IMG/VR virus record: IMGVR_UViG_3300031994_000057
Location: 1 to 64,000 of that record
Strand: one strand, 5' to 3'
DNA: 64,000 bases
Source: a virus
Taxonomy: Duplodnaviria; Caudoviricetes
Position 1 is the stretch's first letter. The number at the start of each line of letters is the position of its first letter. Positions 29,878 to 41,290 of this stretch are shown piece after piece. The notes below the pieces were generated by a model. That model was not told the origin of the DNA and made no database searches. It saw nothing but the letters and a program-made list of their open reading frames with translations. The translations under genes and the position numbers were made by a program.

Positions 29878-30311
29878 GTATAGTTTCATTATAGTCGCAA
29901 CTCTATAATGTATGGTCAATTCCATATCACTCCCATTACAGGACGTGACCAGATCATGTGTCATTCCTATTATGCATTTAATAGGACCGGTATTTTTCTT
30001 CCTCCATAAGCTTGAGGTTCTACTCCCTCGTCAAGGGATGATCGTTGAACGTATATCTCTATGAGATATTTCGCTGCTATACCTGGGCTTGTTAATGATA
30101 ACTTAGGATTTAACCTTATTATCGTCTTAATAACTTTTTTCTACTTTCGTAACTATCACGCTTATCATTACTGATTACGTTGTAGCATATTAAGCTCTAA
30201 CCCATTATCATAGCAATTAACACCGTTGAAACTTACAGGTTACCCTATAAGCTGAGACATATAGAAATATATCAACTACCATTACACTGGTAGAAATCAT
30301 TCCTAATCTGC
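29878..30311 (-). mobile_element. ORF-less group I intron in terL (ends uncertain by a few nt)
   Basis: P3 cggtgtt/aataccg, P4 tgctat/atagca, gttcaacg motif, P7 gatcat/atgatc and P9 hairpins; interrupts IELN(G)...GFG. Confidence 0.8.
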
Positions 30312-31730
30312 TCCATTGAGCTCGATATTTACTACCGAGGTTGGCATATATTGATTCACTAGTACATATATTAAGTCTGCAAGATCATCTTGTGGTATAA
30401 AATTACAATGGAATGTGGCACAAACACGAGTTGTTCGTGAATCTACTACTGTAATTGCAGATGAATCTCGCATAGCAGCACCAGATACATCGACTCCAAT
30501 AATAGGAGGGTATGTGAGGTCAATATCTTCATATACATCAAATAAGTATTGACCAACTCTACCAAACTTAAGAGTTCTAATAGGCTCTCTACAATGTGCT
30601 TTGATAATTTCAAGGTCTTCCATATTAAATGCTGCATTTTCTGTAATGGTCTCCCACTCAAGTAATACTTCTCGTCGTATCTTAGGCCAATCGTTTGCCA
30701 TCTGTGTACATATTTCTGAGAACCACTCTTCTGATAATCCCAATTGTTTATATGAGAATTTGATATAGAAGAACATTGATTGTGTATTGGCTTTTCTTAA
30801 TTCCTCTAATTGCTCATATGAGTAGTCGAGATATGATTCATCCCATCTACTAGACTTATTAATCAACTCTTGTGCATACTGTCCTTCCTTAGTGACAGGA
30901 TCACCAGGAGTTGATGCTATGAATACTCCATAAGGAGCATTATAGCTCTTTGCTATAGAAGCAGCTTTAGAATATGCAGGAATAGCTGCAGCATATACTG
31001 TTTTATTATAAGGCATAAATGCAAACTCATCATAGAACTGTAATGGCATAGTACAACCTCTTCCCAGTTTATCTGCAGCATCTTCTGATCTAGCAGAAGG
31101 GAATGTAACTATAGTGTTATGATTTAGTGGATGCTCCATTTTCTCTACAGTATTAGGTACTTTTAATTTCTGACCATTTGCATTTGTTACAGCTTCCATT
31201 CTAAGATAATTAGGTAATGTATCTCTAATCTCTTTTAATACTTTAAGATTTTCCTTAGAACCAGAATGTGCTTTATGGATAAACATCATCTGTGAGTTGG
31301 TTGTTCCGAAGTTATATAACCATAAGTAACGAATTCTGGCTGTGGTTGTTTTACCAGACTGTCGAGGAAGTTCTACATACATACTATAATTTAGTATGAA
31401 TAAAAAGTTCATCGCTAAGCCTGCTCTATCTAACTTATATCTAGCGCCTCCTGAAGCAGAACTACCCGTTTGTGGTACTCTAACAACTTCTCTTAAGAAA
31501 TACCAATAATTAACTCGTATTTCATTTAATACCATTGCTTTTTGCATTACAGAAAGATTTGGATCTCTCGGGTCTACTCCTGCTAATGCAGGATTATATA
31601 AAGCTAAAAAGAAGTCATTATTTCTAACACCAATACGTTTTAGATAATAATGCATATCCATGAACGATTGGTTGGTAGTTTCACGCTGTATGTATATTTT
31701 AATAGGGGCTACTACTTGTTCTTGAACCAT
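30312..31730 (-). CDS. terL: terminase large subunit, exon 1
   Basis: Walker A LPRQSGKTT, Walker B QFYDEFAF, ASTPG and nuclease IGVDVSG; AACA-N6-TA at 31756-31767. Confidence 0.9.
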
Positions 31731-31850
31731 AAGTTTATAACCTCCTTATTTGGGTTATATCGATGTTTTAACTATAAAATACTAATACATTAGATATTAT
31801 AATTAAGAATTATGCTTCAAACTTTAAAATAATAAGGAGGTATCTTATTT

Positions 31851-32672
31851 ATGAAAGATATTGTTATTATAGGAACTATTCTTTTTGTTATTATTTTTGT
31901 GGTAGTTCTAGTTTTAGGTATTGTGAATAGAAAAAAAAGAAATAAAGCTCTAGAAGAAGCATCTAAAATAGTTAATAAGATAATGTACGATACTAAGAAT
32001 GCTGTATTACCTATAATTATTGAATTTGCTTCTACTATTGTTATTGATGAATTCAGAGATGAAGGAGAGGATAATAGTAAAGTATATAATGATATAATTA
32101 ATACCATTAGTGATTTTATATTTAATAAGTGTTCTAGTAAGTCTAGAGAATTAGCCGATAATTATAAAGACGATAAAATGATATTTAAATATCTCAATGA
32201 GTTATTAGATATAGATGTGATTAATGAGTTATCTCTTACTATAAAAGATGATACTCAATTAGTAGATATATTTACAGATATCTATAATAATTGCTTTACT
32301 GAAGATATAGAGAGAATAGAAGCAGAAGACGAAGAATTATCTAAAGAATTAGCTGAATATGAATCTGCTCCTCCTAAAGATGAGACGCAAGAACAGCATA
32401 ATCAATCTATAGATGATTATATGGAAGCACATTTAGAAGAGAAGATTCAAGAACTTAATGATGTATATGATGAATTAGAGAAGACTATTCCTAACACTGT
32501 TCCTGTAAGAGATTTAAGTGCTTTAGCTCCTCTTATAGATGATGAGGTCATTATACCTCCTACTGATGAAGAACCTGATACATTGGTCGATGATGGAACT
32601 TTTGAAGTAGTTGAATATCTAGATAATAATATTACTGATGATACTCTAAATTCTACTGATTTAGGAGAATAA
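31851..32672 (+). CDS. membrane-anchored acidic protein
   Basis: N-terminal TM helix, acidic C-terminus; AAGGAGGT RBS. Confidence 0.75.
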   Translation: MKDIVIIGTILFVIIFVVVLVLGIVNRKKRNKALEEASKIVNKIMYDTKNAVLPIIIEFASTIVIDEFRDEGEDNSKVYNDIINTISDFIFNKCSSKSRELADNYKDDKMIFKYLNELLDIDVINELSLTIKDDTQLVDIFTDIYNNCFTEDIERIEAEDEELSKELAEYESAPPKDETQEQHNQSIDDYMEAHLEEKIQELNDVYDELEKTIPNTVPVRDLSALAPLIDDEVIIPPTDEEPDTLVDDGTFEVVEYLDNNITDDTLNSTDLGE

Positions 32673-32673
32673 A

Positions 32674-33822
32674 ATGAATATAATGAAGAAAAAGCCTGAA
32701 GAAAAGAAGGCTAAGACAACTACTAAATCCAAAAAAGAATCTACAAAGAAAACTACAACAAAGAAAATTTCTACCAGAAAGAAAAAAGAGCCTGTTGTAG
32801 AAGAACCTATACAACCTTATCTTTCTATAGTTATTCCTTGTTATAATTGTAGAAATTATATAGAAAGATTACTAGATTCTATCGTAAATCAAACTAAGAA
32901 GATTCCTTTAGAAGTTATTATCCAGGATGATAATTCTACAGATAACTTTATGGAATTAGTAGAACCATATAAATCTAAATTGAATATCAAATATTTTAAG
33001 AATAAGCCTAGGGAAATACATTGTCCTGCTAATACTAGATTAGATGGTATGAGTAATGCTACTGGAGAATGGATTACTTTTATTGATCATGATGATTTAT
33101 TTGAATTAGATATGGTAAAAGAATTTACTCAAGCAGTAGATGAACGAAAAGAAGAGTCTCTAGTAGTAACAGAATTCAGAGATTATAATCCTGAATTAGG
33201 TTCTTATGGAAAGACATACGATAGGACTAATATTACATGGTTACATGGTAAGTTTTACAATATGAAATTCTTAAAAGATAATAATATTACCTTTAAAGAG
33301 AACCTAGAAACTAATGAAGATTTATACTTCAATATGACAGTTTTTGCTGCTATTACAGCAGTAGAAAAAACATATACTATGGTTAAATCTTATACCTATA
33401 AATGGGTATATAACGAAGATTCTATAAGTAGAAGCATGTTTAAGCAGGATGAATTCTACATAGATAAATCATATAAAGATTATATAGATGCATCTATAGA
33501 ACCATGGTGGGATATATTATATACTCATCCTGAATTAGAGTCATATATTTTTAAAAGAACGTGTTATGTAATGCTGTATGCATACTTCTATTATCAATCA
33601 TTATATTTCCGTAGAGGATTTAAACACCATAGAGGAAACAGAGATATATTTGAAGATTTTGTAAATACTGTTAAATTGAGATTTGGTGTTAATACGGATA
33701 CAATTGTATCTATAGTTTACTCTGATGAAGCTAGATATAATGAGATAAGAAATGATTCTATGAATGGATGTAAATCGTTTATAGAGTCTGATAGTTTTTA
33801 TAATTTTCTTGAGAAGTTCTAA
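32674..33822 (+). CDS. glycosyltransferase family 2
   Basis: LSIVIPCYN, IIQDDNSTD, GEWITFIDHDD (DxD) and NEDLYF; Lys/Thr-rich N-terminal extension. Confidence 0.85.
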   Translation: MNIMKKKPEEKKAKTTTKSKKESTKKTTTKKISTRKKKEPVVEEPIQPYLSIVIPCYNCRNYIERLLDSIVNQTKKIPLEVIIQDDNSTDNFMELVEPYKSKLNIKYFKNKPREIHCPANTRLDGMSNATGEWITFIDHDDLFELDMVKEFTQAVDERKEESLVVTEFRDYNPELGSYGKTYDRTNITWLHGKFYNMKFLKDNNITFKENLETNEDLYFNMTVFAAITAVEKTYTMVKSYTYKWVYNEDSISRSMFKQDEFYIDKSYKDYIDASIEPWWDILYTHPELESYIFKRTCYVMLYAYFYYQSLYFRRGFKHHRGNRDIFEDFVNTVKLRFGVNTDTIVSIVYSDEARYNEIRNDSMNGCKSFIESDSFYNFLEKF

Positions 33823-33923
33823 GTAATTATAAGAAGTCATAGAGGTTTATCCTCTATGACTTTATTTTGTAAAATAATATATATAGACCTACTTTAATAT
33901 AATGATTGTAGGGAGAAGATTTT

Positions 33924-34658
33924 ATGAAAAATCGAAAACAGAAACAAAAAGAATATGAAGAAAAATATTCGATGATTCCTAACGATTATGGAGAACGTCT
34001 AGCTTGGATGGATGATAAATATAAACTAACAGATGGACTACGGGATCAGATAATGGATAGAGCATTCAATATTATCAATAATCTCGAGTTTTATGATTTT
34101 TTAATTGTTCTATATATGGTTCCTGAGGGAACACCAAGACATAGATATAGATTAATTACACCAAAGAATTATATGACTGCAGCTGTTAGTTCACCATATG
34201 TTCATGTATATCAACCAAGAGCTGGTGATGACGCAAATTATTTACATAGATTAGTTGATACTGAAGTTATACAACTTCAACAGTTTATACAAACACCTTT
34301 TGCTTGTAATATAAATGCATTCTTTCCAACTCCTAATAATTATACTAGATCGGATGTATTTATAGCAGAGATGGGATTAGATTTTCATATAAAGAAACCT
34401 GATCCTGATAATATTGAAAAGAAATTTCTAGACATGTTTAATGAGACTATTTGGTTAGATGATAATATGTGTTTCTCTGGCAGAGTAAACAAATTATATT
34501 CAATTAAACCTAGAGTAGAAATTCAAATTAGATATGCAAATTGTGCTATGAATAAGTATCAATATAATCATATAGTAAGTAGAGTAGGATATCGAGAGGA
34601 TGAGCCAATTACATACTTAGATAAAAACGGTATAATGTGGAGAGGAGATAGTGTTTAA
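33924..34658 (+). CDS. rusA: RusA-like Holliday junction resolvase
   Basis: KKPDPDNIEK..LD....IWLDD...KPRVEI. Confidence 0.8.
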   Translation: MKNRKQKQKEYEEKYSMIPNDYGERLAWMDDKYKLTDGLRDQIMDRAFNIINNLEFYDFLIVLYMVPEGTPRHRYRLITPKNYMTAAVSSPYVHVYQPRAGDDANYLHRLVDTEVIQLQQFIQTPFACNINAFFPTPNNYTRSDVFIAEMGLDFHIKKPDPDNIEKKFLDMFNETIWLDDNMCFSGRVNKLYSIKPRVEIQIRYANCAMNKYQYNHIVSRVGYREDEPITYLDKNGIMWRGDSV

Positions 34659-34663
34659 AAACA

Positions 34664-35083
34664 ATGGAAAACAAGATTACTGTATATGATGTGCAGAAAG
34701 TTATGCTTACAGCATTTCAAGATCCGAATATTGTAGCTTCTTTTATGGAGATGCTTTATGATTACTTTAATAGTACTGCAGGTATTGCAAAGACATCTCT
34801 ACAAGATCAGGCTATTACAACAAAATACATAGATATAGTTACAAAGAAGAAGGTTGATTCATTAAAAACTATATCAAATATTAAAGATTTATATGCTAGC
34901 TTTGTCATTAATGTAATTAATACAAAATCATTAGAGTTTTACCTAGGTAAAAATAATCCAGAGTATACTAAGATTAAGTGTAGTAGAGAACCAGATATTC
35001 ATTACTGCGCTGCTGGAGCTGTTTCTGTATTAGATTTATCCAATGAAACTGATTCTATCTTTAGAATATATCTAATTAATTAA
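34664..35083 (+). CDS. hypothetical protein
   Basis: 139-aa ORF in operon. Confidence 0.75.
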   Translation: MENKITVYDVQKVMLTAFQDPNIVASFMEMLYDYFNSTAGIAKTSLQDQAITTKYIDIVTKKKVDSLKTISNIKDLYASFVINVINTKSLEFYLGKNNPEYTKIKCSREPDIHYCAAGAVSVLDLSNETDSIFRIYLIN

Positions 35084-35145
35084 AAATTAATATTATACTA
35101 ACAAATTAATAGTAGTATTAATATAATATATGGAGGTTAAATATA

Positions 35146-35931
35146 ATGGCATTAGGAGATATTAGAAACAATAATAGTGGAACTAAGAGTAATAAGATGT
35201 ATGAGTCTACATATTATTCTCGTATGCAGTTTAAGGGTCAGGATAAAATCAGACTTGGTTTCTCTTTTAAGAGTGGTATGCTTATAATTGATATGTCTGA
35301 AGAGAAGGACGGATTCCAGTTTGAGACATTGACATCTTGTTACTTAACTCCTACTAAGGCTTTATTGTTCTACAATCAGATTCAGAAGTTCAATGAAGAT
35401 GTAGCTGCTGGTAAGTATAAGACAGATGCAGCATATGGTGTTAATACAGGTCTTGGAGAGATATCTACAGTTATTATGATTCATCTCTTAGGAAAAGATC
35501 CTGCTATTACTATTGCCAAGGTTAATGATTCAGGACAGTATGTATCTAAGTATACATATAAGTTTAATAAGGGATATCATTATGGAATTACATTAAAGAA
35601 CTATGAAGACATGGGATCATATGAGAAAGAGTTCTATGATGATATTGAGTTTACGCAGTTACAGCAGACAATTAAGACATTTGCCGATAACATGAATGGC
35701 GCTGTTGCATATTCTGTACTTGATTTAGCAAGATATGATTACAGAGCTGTAATGAATAAGATGAATCCTATCTATGATAAGTTAGGAATTGAGAGACAGG
35801 GTAATGGTGGAAGTTATTCTAAGTCTGACAACAATTTCTTTAATGGTAGCGGTTCATTTAATAAGGGTGGTACATCAAACAGTACATCTTTAGATGATGT
35901 AATGAATGATTTACCTATGGAAGAGGACTAA
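35146..35931 (+). CDS. probable single-stranded DNA-binding protein
   Basis: Beta-rich core, Gly/Asn/Ser linker, acidic tail DLPMEED; AACA-N6-TA at 35100-35111. Confidence 0.5.
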   Translation: MALGDIRNNNSGTKSNKMYESTYYSRMQFKGQDKIRLGFSFKSGMLIIDMSEEKDGFQFETLTSCYLTPTKALLFYNQIQKFNEDVAAGKYKTDAAYGVNTGLGEISTVIMIHLLGKDPAITIAKVNDSGQYVSKYTYKFNKGYHYGITLKNYEDMGSYEKEFYDDIEFTQLQQTIKTFADNMNGAVAYSVLDLARYDYRAVMNKMNPIYDKLGIERQGNGGSYSKSDNNFFNGSGSFNKGGTSNSTSLDDVMNDLPMEED

Positions 35932-35935
35932 ATAA

Positions 35936-36649
35936 ATGGCGGATTCCAAAGAGATTACCAAATTGAGTTTTTCGGAAATAAATACTCGAGGAATTCTAAA
36001 TCCATTAGTTTCATTTGATTGTTTGATTGATATAGATTTTGGGCTATTAGTTTTAATAGCCCAAAATTTTTTCGATACTAGTGTCTTTTCAGCAGAGTTC
36101 TTCAAGGATAACGACAATATCGAAAATATGAAGTGGACAATATATGATAGACCACAAAAGAATCCTTTGACACTCTGCTTGAAGGACGTTAGTCTAGCAG
36201 ATGATTACTATAACCAGTTTATGGATCAGTATTATGCTGATATATTAGATAGGTCAATGATTACAGATTTAGCTAATCTATTACCTAATCTAGCAACTTC
36301 AGGTGCTACATTTAGTATTTTATGTAATAATAAATTAGAGTACGAATTATTGGATAAAATTCCTATACTAAAAGATTATACTAGAGTATTATTAAGTGAT
36401 ATAGTAGAACCTGATAAATATCATCAATTCTTTATTAAAGATTTTGATGATAAAGGTATGCATAAATATGCTCACCTATTAAGAGATAAGAATATTTATA
36501 TAGCAAGATATAAATTTAATGTAATTGAAGATATGGATAAGATTGATGAGAGATTCAAGACTTATGCTATATTAGATAATATGAGATGTAATATCACAAA
36601 ATTTGATTTATATTCTAGAAGAAAGGAAGATAATTCTACAAATGAATGA
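35936..36649 (+). CDS. hypothetical protein (possible HAD-like fold)
   Basis: LVSFDCLIDIDFG N-terminal motif. Confidence 0.6.
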   Translation: MADSKEITKLSFSEINTRGILNPLVSFDCLIDIDFGLLVLIAQNFFDTSVFSAEFFKDNDNIENMKWTIYDRPQKNPLTLCLKDVSLADDYYNQFMDQYYADILDRSMITDLANLLPNLATSGATFSILCNNKLEYELLDKIPILKDYTRVLLSDIVEPDKYHQFFIKDFDDKGMHKYAHLLRDKNIYIARYKFNVIEDMDKIDERFKTYAILDNMRCNITKFDLYSRRKEDNSTNE

Positions 36650-38492
36650 TATTAAAGATATAAAGAAGAACTTGGACACTGCATTAGCAACAGAGTTTCA
36701 TTCTACTAAAGAAGAAAAGAAGGTTGAATTAGGTTGCTCTAAACAGTGTATGAACAATGTAGTTACAGAAGATAAGTTAAAAGAAGTTCAGGAGAATACA
36801 CTTGCTGCACTTAGAGAGTTTCTCTCTAAGACTTATGGCCCTATGGGATCATATACAGCTATTATAAAGGGCGATTCTATTAGAACTATCACTTCAGACT
36901 ATTCTAAAGATGGTTTAAAGGTATTAAAGAATATTATCTTTGATTTACCCTTAGAGATGTCTATGCAGGCAGAATTGTGTGATATCTGTCAGTATGTAGT
37001 TAAACAGGTAGGTGATGGTACAACATCAGCTGTTATCTTATCATCATTGATTTATTCAGAGATGCTTAAGATTAAAGATAGCAATAATATCCCTCCTAGA
37101 AAACTTGTTAAGACTTTCCAGGATGTAGTTAAGAAATGCCAGGAGATTATTGATTCTAAAAAGAGAGATATTACTTTAGATGATATTTATAAGATTTGTA
37201 TGATATCCACTAATGGTAATGAGACTATATCTGAGCAGATTACATCTGTTTATAGAGATTATGGATTCAATGTAAATGTAGATGTGACTATATCTAATGA
37301 TGCTGATACTAAGATTAGAATTTATGATGGTATGACAATCAATGCTGGTTATTCAGACCCTGCATATATTAATAATGTAACTGCAAGTGGTGCTGGTACA
37401 GCTGATATTCATAATCCTCATATTTATGCATTTCCTGACCCTATAGATACTCCTGAAATGATTACATATTTCGAGAAGATTATCTATGATAATATTATTA
37501 CTCCTTATAAAGAGAGAGATGAGATGACACCTACCGTTATCATAACTCCTATGATTAGTAGAGACGGAAGTGGTGTCTTAACTCAGTTAGTTCAGATTAT
37601 GTATGAGTATACCAGAAATAATATGAACAATCAGAAGCCTCCTATCTTGATTATCTCAGATATACATGGTACTGATGAAGCTATTGCTTTGGATATTGAG
37701 AATCTCTGTGGATGTAAGGCAATTAAGAAGTATATTAATCCCGATATCCAGAAGCATGACCAGGAGACAGGAGAAGCTCCTACATTAGAGACTATTCATA
37801 ATTTTGCTGGTACAGCAGAATTAGTTGTTGCTGACAATAATAAGACAAAGTTCATCAATCCTAAAGCACTTATGGATGAGAATGATACTTCTTATGAAGC
37901 ATTAAAGAACTTCCTTAGTGCTGAGATTAAGAAGGCTACAGAGAACAATGATGATATCTTAACAATCGGAAGATTAAAGAAGAGATTGAATTGTCTTGAA
38001 GCTAATATGATTGAATTCATGGTAGGCGGTATTTCTGTATCAGATAGAGATTCACTTAGAGACCTAGTTGAAGATGCTGTATTGAACTGTGCATCTGCAG
38101 CCGAGAATGGAGTTGGCAGAGCTGCAAATTTCGAAGGATTATCAGCTATTTATAAATTATACACAGAAGATGCTGAGTTTACTGATATTGAAAAGCAGAT
38201 TATTATTGCTATTCTTAAGGCATACTATAAAGCAGCATATATTCTCTATGGTTCTGTAATTGAAGGGGACAAGATTGATGATATTATAGCACGTTCTATT
38301 GCTAATGATATGCCTTTCAATGTAATCGACTTATTCAATGCTACTGACTTGGAAGAGGTTAAAGCTGGTGATGATGTACTCTGTTCTATTAAGACAGATT
38401 CTGTTATCTTAGATGCTATTTCTAAGATTATAACTATGATGGTTACATCAAATCAGTGCTTATTACAGTCTACAACTATAAATACATATTAA
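36642..38492 (+). CDS. phage chaperonin (GroEL/TCP-1 family)
   Basis: SKTYGPMG, SKDG, VGDGTTSAVIL and VEDAVLNCASA; AAGGAAG RBS before ATG 36642. Confidence 0.92.
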   Translation: MNDIKDIKKNLDTALATEFHSTKEEKKVELGCSKQCMNNVVTEDKLKEVQENTLAALREFLSKTYGPMGSYTAIIKGDSIRTITSDYSKDGLKVLKNIIFDLPLEMSMQAELCDICQYVVKQVGDGTTSAVILSSLIYSEMLKIKDSNNIPPRKLVKTFQDVVKKCQEIIDSKKRDITLDDIYKICMISTNGNETISEQITSVYRDYGFNVNVDVTISNDADTKIRIYDGMTINAGYSDPAYINNVTASGAGTADIHNPHIYAFPDPIDTPEMITYFEKIIYDNIITPYKERDEMTPTVIITPMISRDGSGVLTQLVQIMYEYTRNNMNNQKPPILIISDIHGTDEAIALDIENLCGCKAIKKYINPDIQKHDQETGEAPTLETIHNFAGTAELVVADNNKTKFINPKALMDENDTSYEALKNFLSAEIKKATENNDDILTIGRLKKRLNCLEANMIEFMVGGISVSDRDSLRDLVEDAVLNCASAAENGVGRAANFEGLSAIYKLYTEDAEFTDIEKQIIIAILKAYYKAAYILYGSVIEGDKIDDIIARSIANDMPFNVIDLFNATDLEEVKAGDDVLCSIKTDSVILDAISKIITMMVTSNQCLLQSTTINTY

Positions 38493-38568
38493 TTATACCT
38501 ACAATATAATAACAGGGCTTAATTCAGATAGCCCTGTTATTATAAACTGTTTAGGAGGAAACTGTAAT

Positions 38569-39354
38569 ATGACATTAGAAGATTATATTTCTAATCCTAT
38601 GGGTAAGAATAATGCTACCTTTACACCTCTTGTAAGAGAAGCTATAAAGAATAACTATAAAGCTAAGTTTGATAACGTAATGCTTCGTGAAAAAGGTAAA
38701 ATGGGATATTATCTTTATAGAGATAGAGATAATAATATTTATTATGCCCATCTCAAAGTACCTTCAGAAGTTATAGAGAATTTCTACTATGATGTAGTAT
38801 TTAAGTTTTATACATCATCCGATAATGATACAGCTGGTGGAACTAATTTAAAGAAATTTGATATACAGTTCTTTTCTAATGACCCTGCATTTGTATATAA
38901 TCATGCCCATACTTTTATGGAAAAAGGATTATTTTTAAATGAATTAGAGTTTAAAATGTCTAAGGAAGCTATACAGAAGAAAGCTGTGGTCAAGAATCCT
39001 AATGATTCTGTAGGTTATGTAAAGTCATTATACTTTGCATATCTTTATATGGAAGAACGTGGGTTATATAAAACTATATCTTATATTTCGGCAGAGAAGT
39101 TTAATCTAATGAATATGGCATCTCAGATAATGGGAGCCGATTTAAAGATTGCTTTAAGAGAAGAAGAAGAGAAGAAACGAGACAAGAAGAAGAAACTTGT
39201 AGTTGATAAAGACTTAGCTAAGAAATTAGGTAAGTATAATTTATCAGATAAGGCAAAAAGTAGATTGGTTACAACCACAGGTAAGACTTCTACTATTAAG
39301 AAGACTTCTGCAATTAACTCCACTAAAACAACAAAACGAGTTGGTAAAAAATAA
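38569..39354 (+). CDS. hypothetical protein with basic C-terminus
   Basis: AGGAGG RBS, 261 aa. Confidence 0.8.
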   Translation: MTLEDYISNPMGKNNATFTPLVREAIKNNYKAKFDNVMLREKGKMGYYLYRDRDNNIYYAHLKVPSEVIENFYYDVVFKFYTSSDNDTAGGTNLKKFDIQFFSNDPAFVYNHAHTFMEKGLFLNELEFKMSKEAIQKKAVVKNPNDSVGYVKSLYFAYLYMEERGLYKTISYISAEKFNLMNMASQIMGADLKIALREEEEKKRDKKKKLVVDKDLAKKLGKYNLSDKAKSRLVTTTGKTSTIKKTSAINSTKTTKRVGKK

Positions 39355-39375
39355 TATAATAATATATTATATAAT
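39349..39375 (+). promoter_or_regulatory. early-type promoter
   Basis: ATAATATATTATATA core. Confidence 0.5.
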
Positions 39376-39502
39376 TGAAGTGGATTAAGAAAATCTACTT
39401 TAAAAAGGAGATTCGTAATGCAAACAATTATTTTTTCTAACCCGAGTCAATAGCAAATCAATAATATAAGGGAAATTGAATATTGACAAGGGGGTTTATG
39501 TG

Positions 39503-40408
39503 ATGGAAATAATACAACCATTTATTACAACAATACCCAAAGTGGATACTTGGGTTTGTCAACCAGAAGATGTGATATTCTCATCTTCGAAGAATATTAT
39601 TATTGCTCCTATAAGTGCTAGCTTGAATATATCTTCAGATAATCTGGATTATTTTGTAATTAGACCTAAGAAGTGTTATAATAGCCAGGACTTAAGAGAC
39701 CATCTTTGCCAAGTATTGAATTACTTTGAGAAGTATTTTGATACTGATAAGGAATTATTTGTTTATCTAGCAAGAATCAAGTTCATGATAGATAATGTAG
39801 AAGGATACGATTACGCAAACTTCATGCATGATATGAGGACATATGTTCTAGGGGAATCTATCAAGAGAAAAGTTGTATTGATGACAGAATATAACTATAA
39901 ACTTGATTTGACTTACAAGAATATTTCGGAATCATTACAATATACTAATGACCATGCTAAGATGCTTTTAGAGATTAGTATATTGATGGATTGTGCTATA
40001 CCTCTGACAATCCACTTTGCTCATGTGAATAGAATTACTGAGATAGATGATTTTATCTTGGATGTATATGATATCATATTGCAGAGATTTCCTGCTGCTG
40101 ATATCTTCTCTAAGTTATATACTACATCTTATAGTAACGTGTCTAAATCAGAATATAAGAATGCAATTCTATGGGCAAAACAAGATGTAAGAGGTAAAGA
40201 TGTAGCAACTCATTCATTGGAGTCTGTAAACAATATCATATTAAATATTATGCCTAAGTATGCATTTGATAAGAATATAGTCGCATTAAACTATACTTCT
40301 GTAATCAAGAATACAAAGTGTCAGATAACAGATATTGAATATGAATATAGTTTCGTGCCATTATCTTCTAGTAAGAGAGATGGTGAAGATGCCACATCTG
40401 AATTCGAT
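39503..40408 (+). CDS. putative nvRNAP promoter-specificity (sigma-like, AR9 gp226/phiKZ gp68-like) subunit, exon 1
   Basis: Spliced product ~499 aa (SEFD|KYEA); lies two genes downstream of the chaperonin, as gp226 does relative to gp228 in AR9 (recalled); early-type promoter. Confidence 0.5.
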
Positions 40409-41290
40409 TGACTTATACGAGTCGAATTAAAACTCCTTTAACTGCTGGGAACTCTCTAGTAGACAATCAGCAGCCAAGACCCAATCATCAATTTTGTGGA
40501 GGGAATTATGATATTACCTACAGAAATTGATTGTATTTATAATGAATTTTGGATTTCATTAAACGAAGAAGTAGTGCAGAATATTGAAGATATTTATCTT
40601 ATAAGTAATTATGGAAGATTATATAATAAAGAAACAAATCATTATCTTCCGCAAAATATGAATTATGATAAAGATAAATATATAACAATACGTTTGAGAT
40701 TAAAAGATCAATCCCATGTATGTAGACAAGTTCATAGACTAGTATTAGAAAGTTTTGTTCCTATAATTAATTCAGATATGTTTGATGTCAATCATAAAGA
40801 TGGCATTAAATATCATAATTGGGTATGGAATTTAGAATGGACAACACATGATGAAAATATGAAGCATGCTTCGAGAAATAAATTATTTCATTATTGTGAG
40901 AATCACCAAAATTCAAAATTGTCTAATGATGAAGTAAGTAAAATTTGTGAATTAATTATAGAAGGAAAAACACCTGCAGAAATTTCAGATATTATTAATC
41001 GACCAGATTGTAATATAAGAAAAATTGTAACTAATATTAAAGGTGGACATAGTTGGTTAGATATATCACGAAAGTATGGAATCATTGATGATTGAGTAAG
41101 GTTCAACGACTATCGAAAGCATAGTATAGAAGAAATATCTATATGAAGAAGCGAGTAGAGTAGGGCCTATTTATATAATAGGTGGGTGAGAATCCCTTAA
41201 ATCGAAATGGGGAGCATTTTAAATATGGTAACAGTATTTAAGATGAAGATATAGTCTGATCTATATGGCGACATATAGCTAACATAAATG
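40409..41290 (+). mobile_element. group I intron with homing endonuclease
   Basis: P1 AATTCGAT|...GTCGAATT with U-G pair; caatcagcagccaag, ggttcaacgacta and gaagatatagtctg core motifs; terminal G 41290; splicing restores the frame. Confidence 0.92.
40508..41095 (+). CDS. NUMOD4-HNH homing endonuclease (in the P6a loop)
   Basis: YLISNYGRL, VHRLVLESF, VNHKDGIKYHNWVWNLEWTTHDENMKHA; flanked by caatcatcaat/attgatgattg. Confidence 0.9.
   Translation: MILPTEIDCIYNEFWISLNEEVVQNIEDIYLISNYGRLYNKETNHYLPQNMNYDKDKYITIRLRLKDQSHVCRQVHRLVLESFVPIINSDMFDVNHKDGIKYHNWVWNLEWTTHDENMKHASRNKLFHYCENHQNSKLSNDEVSKICELIIEGKTPAEISDIINRPDCNIRKIVTNIKGGHSWLDISRKYGIIDD

Noticed and set aside
29089-29964. Track ORF MTHDLVTS... 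as an independent gene
   Set aside because: Its first ~29 codons lie in the intron P7/P9 region; the rest is TerL exon 2.
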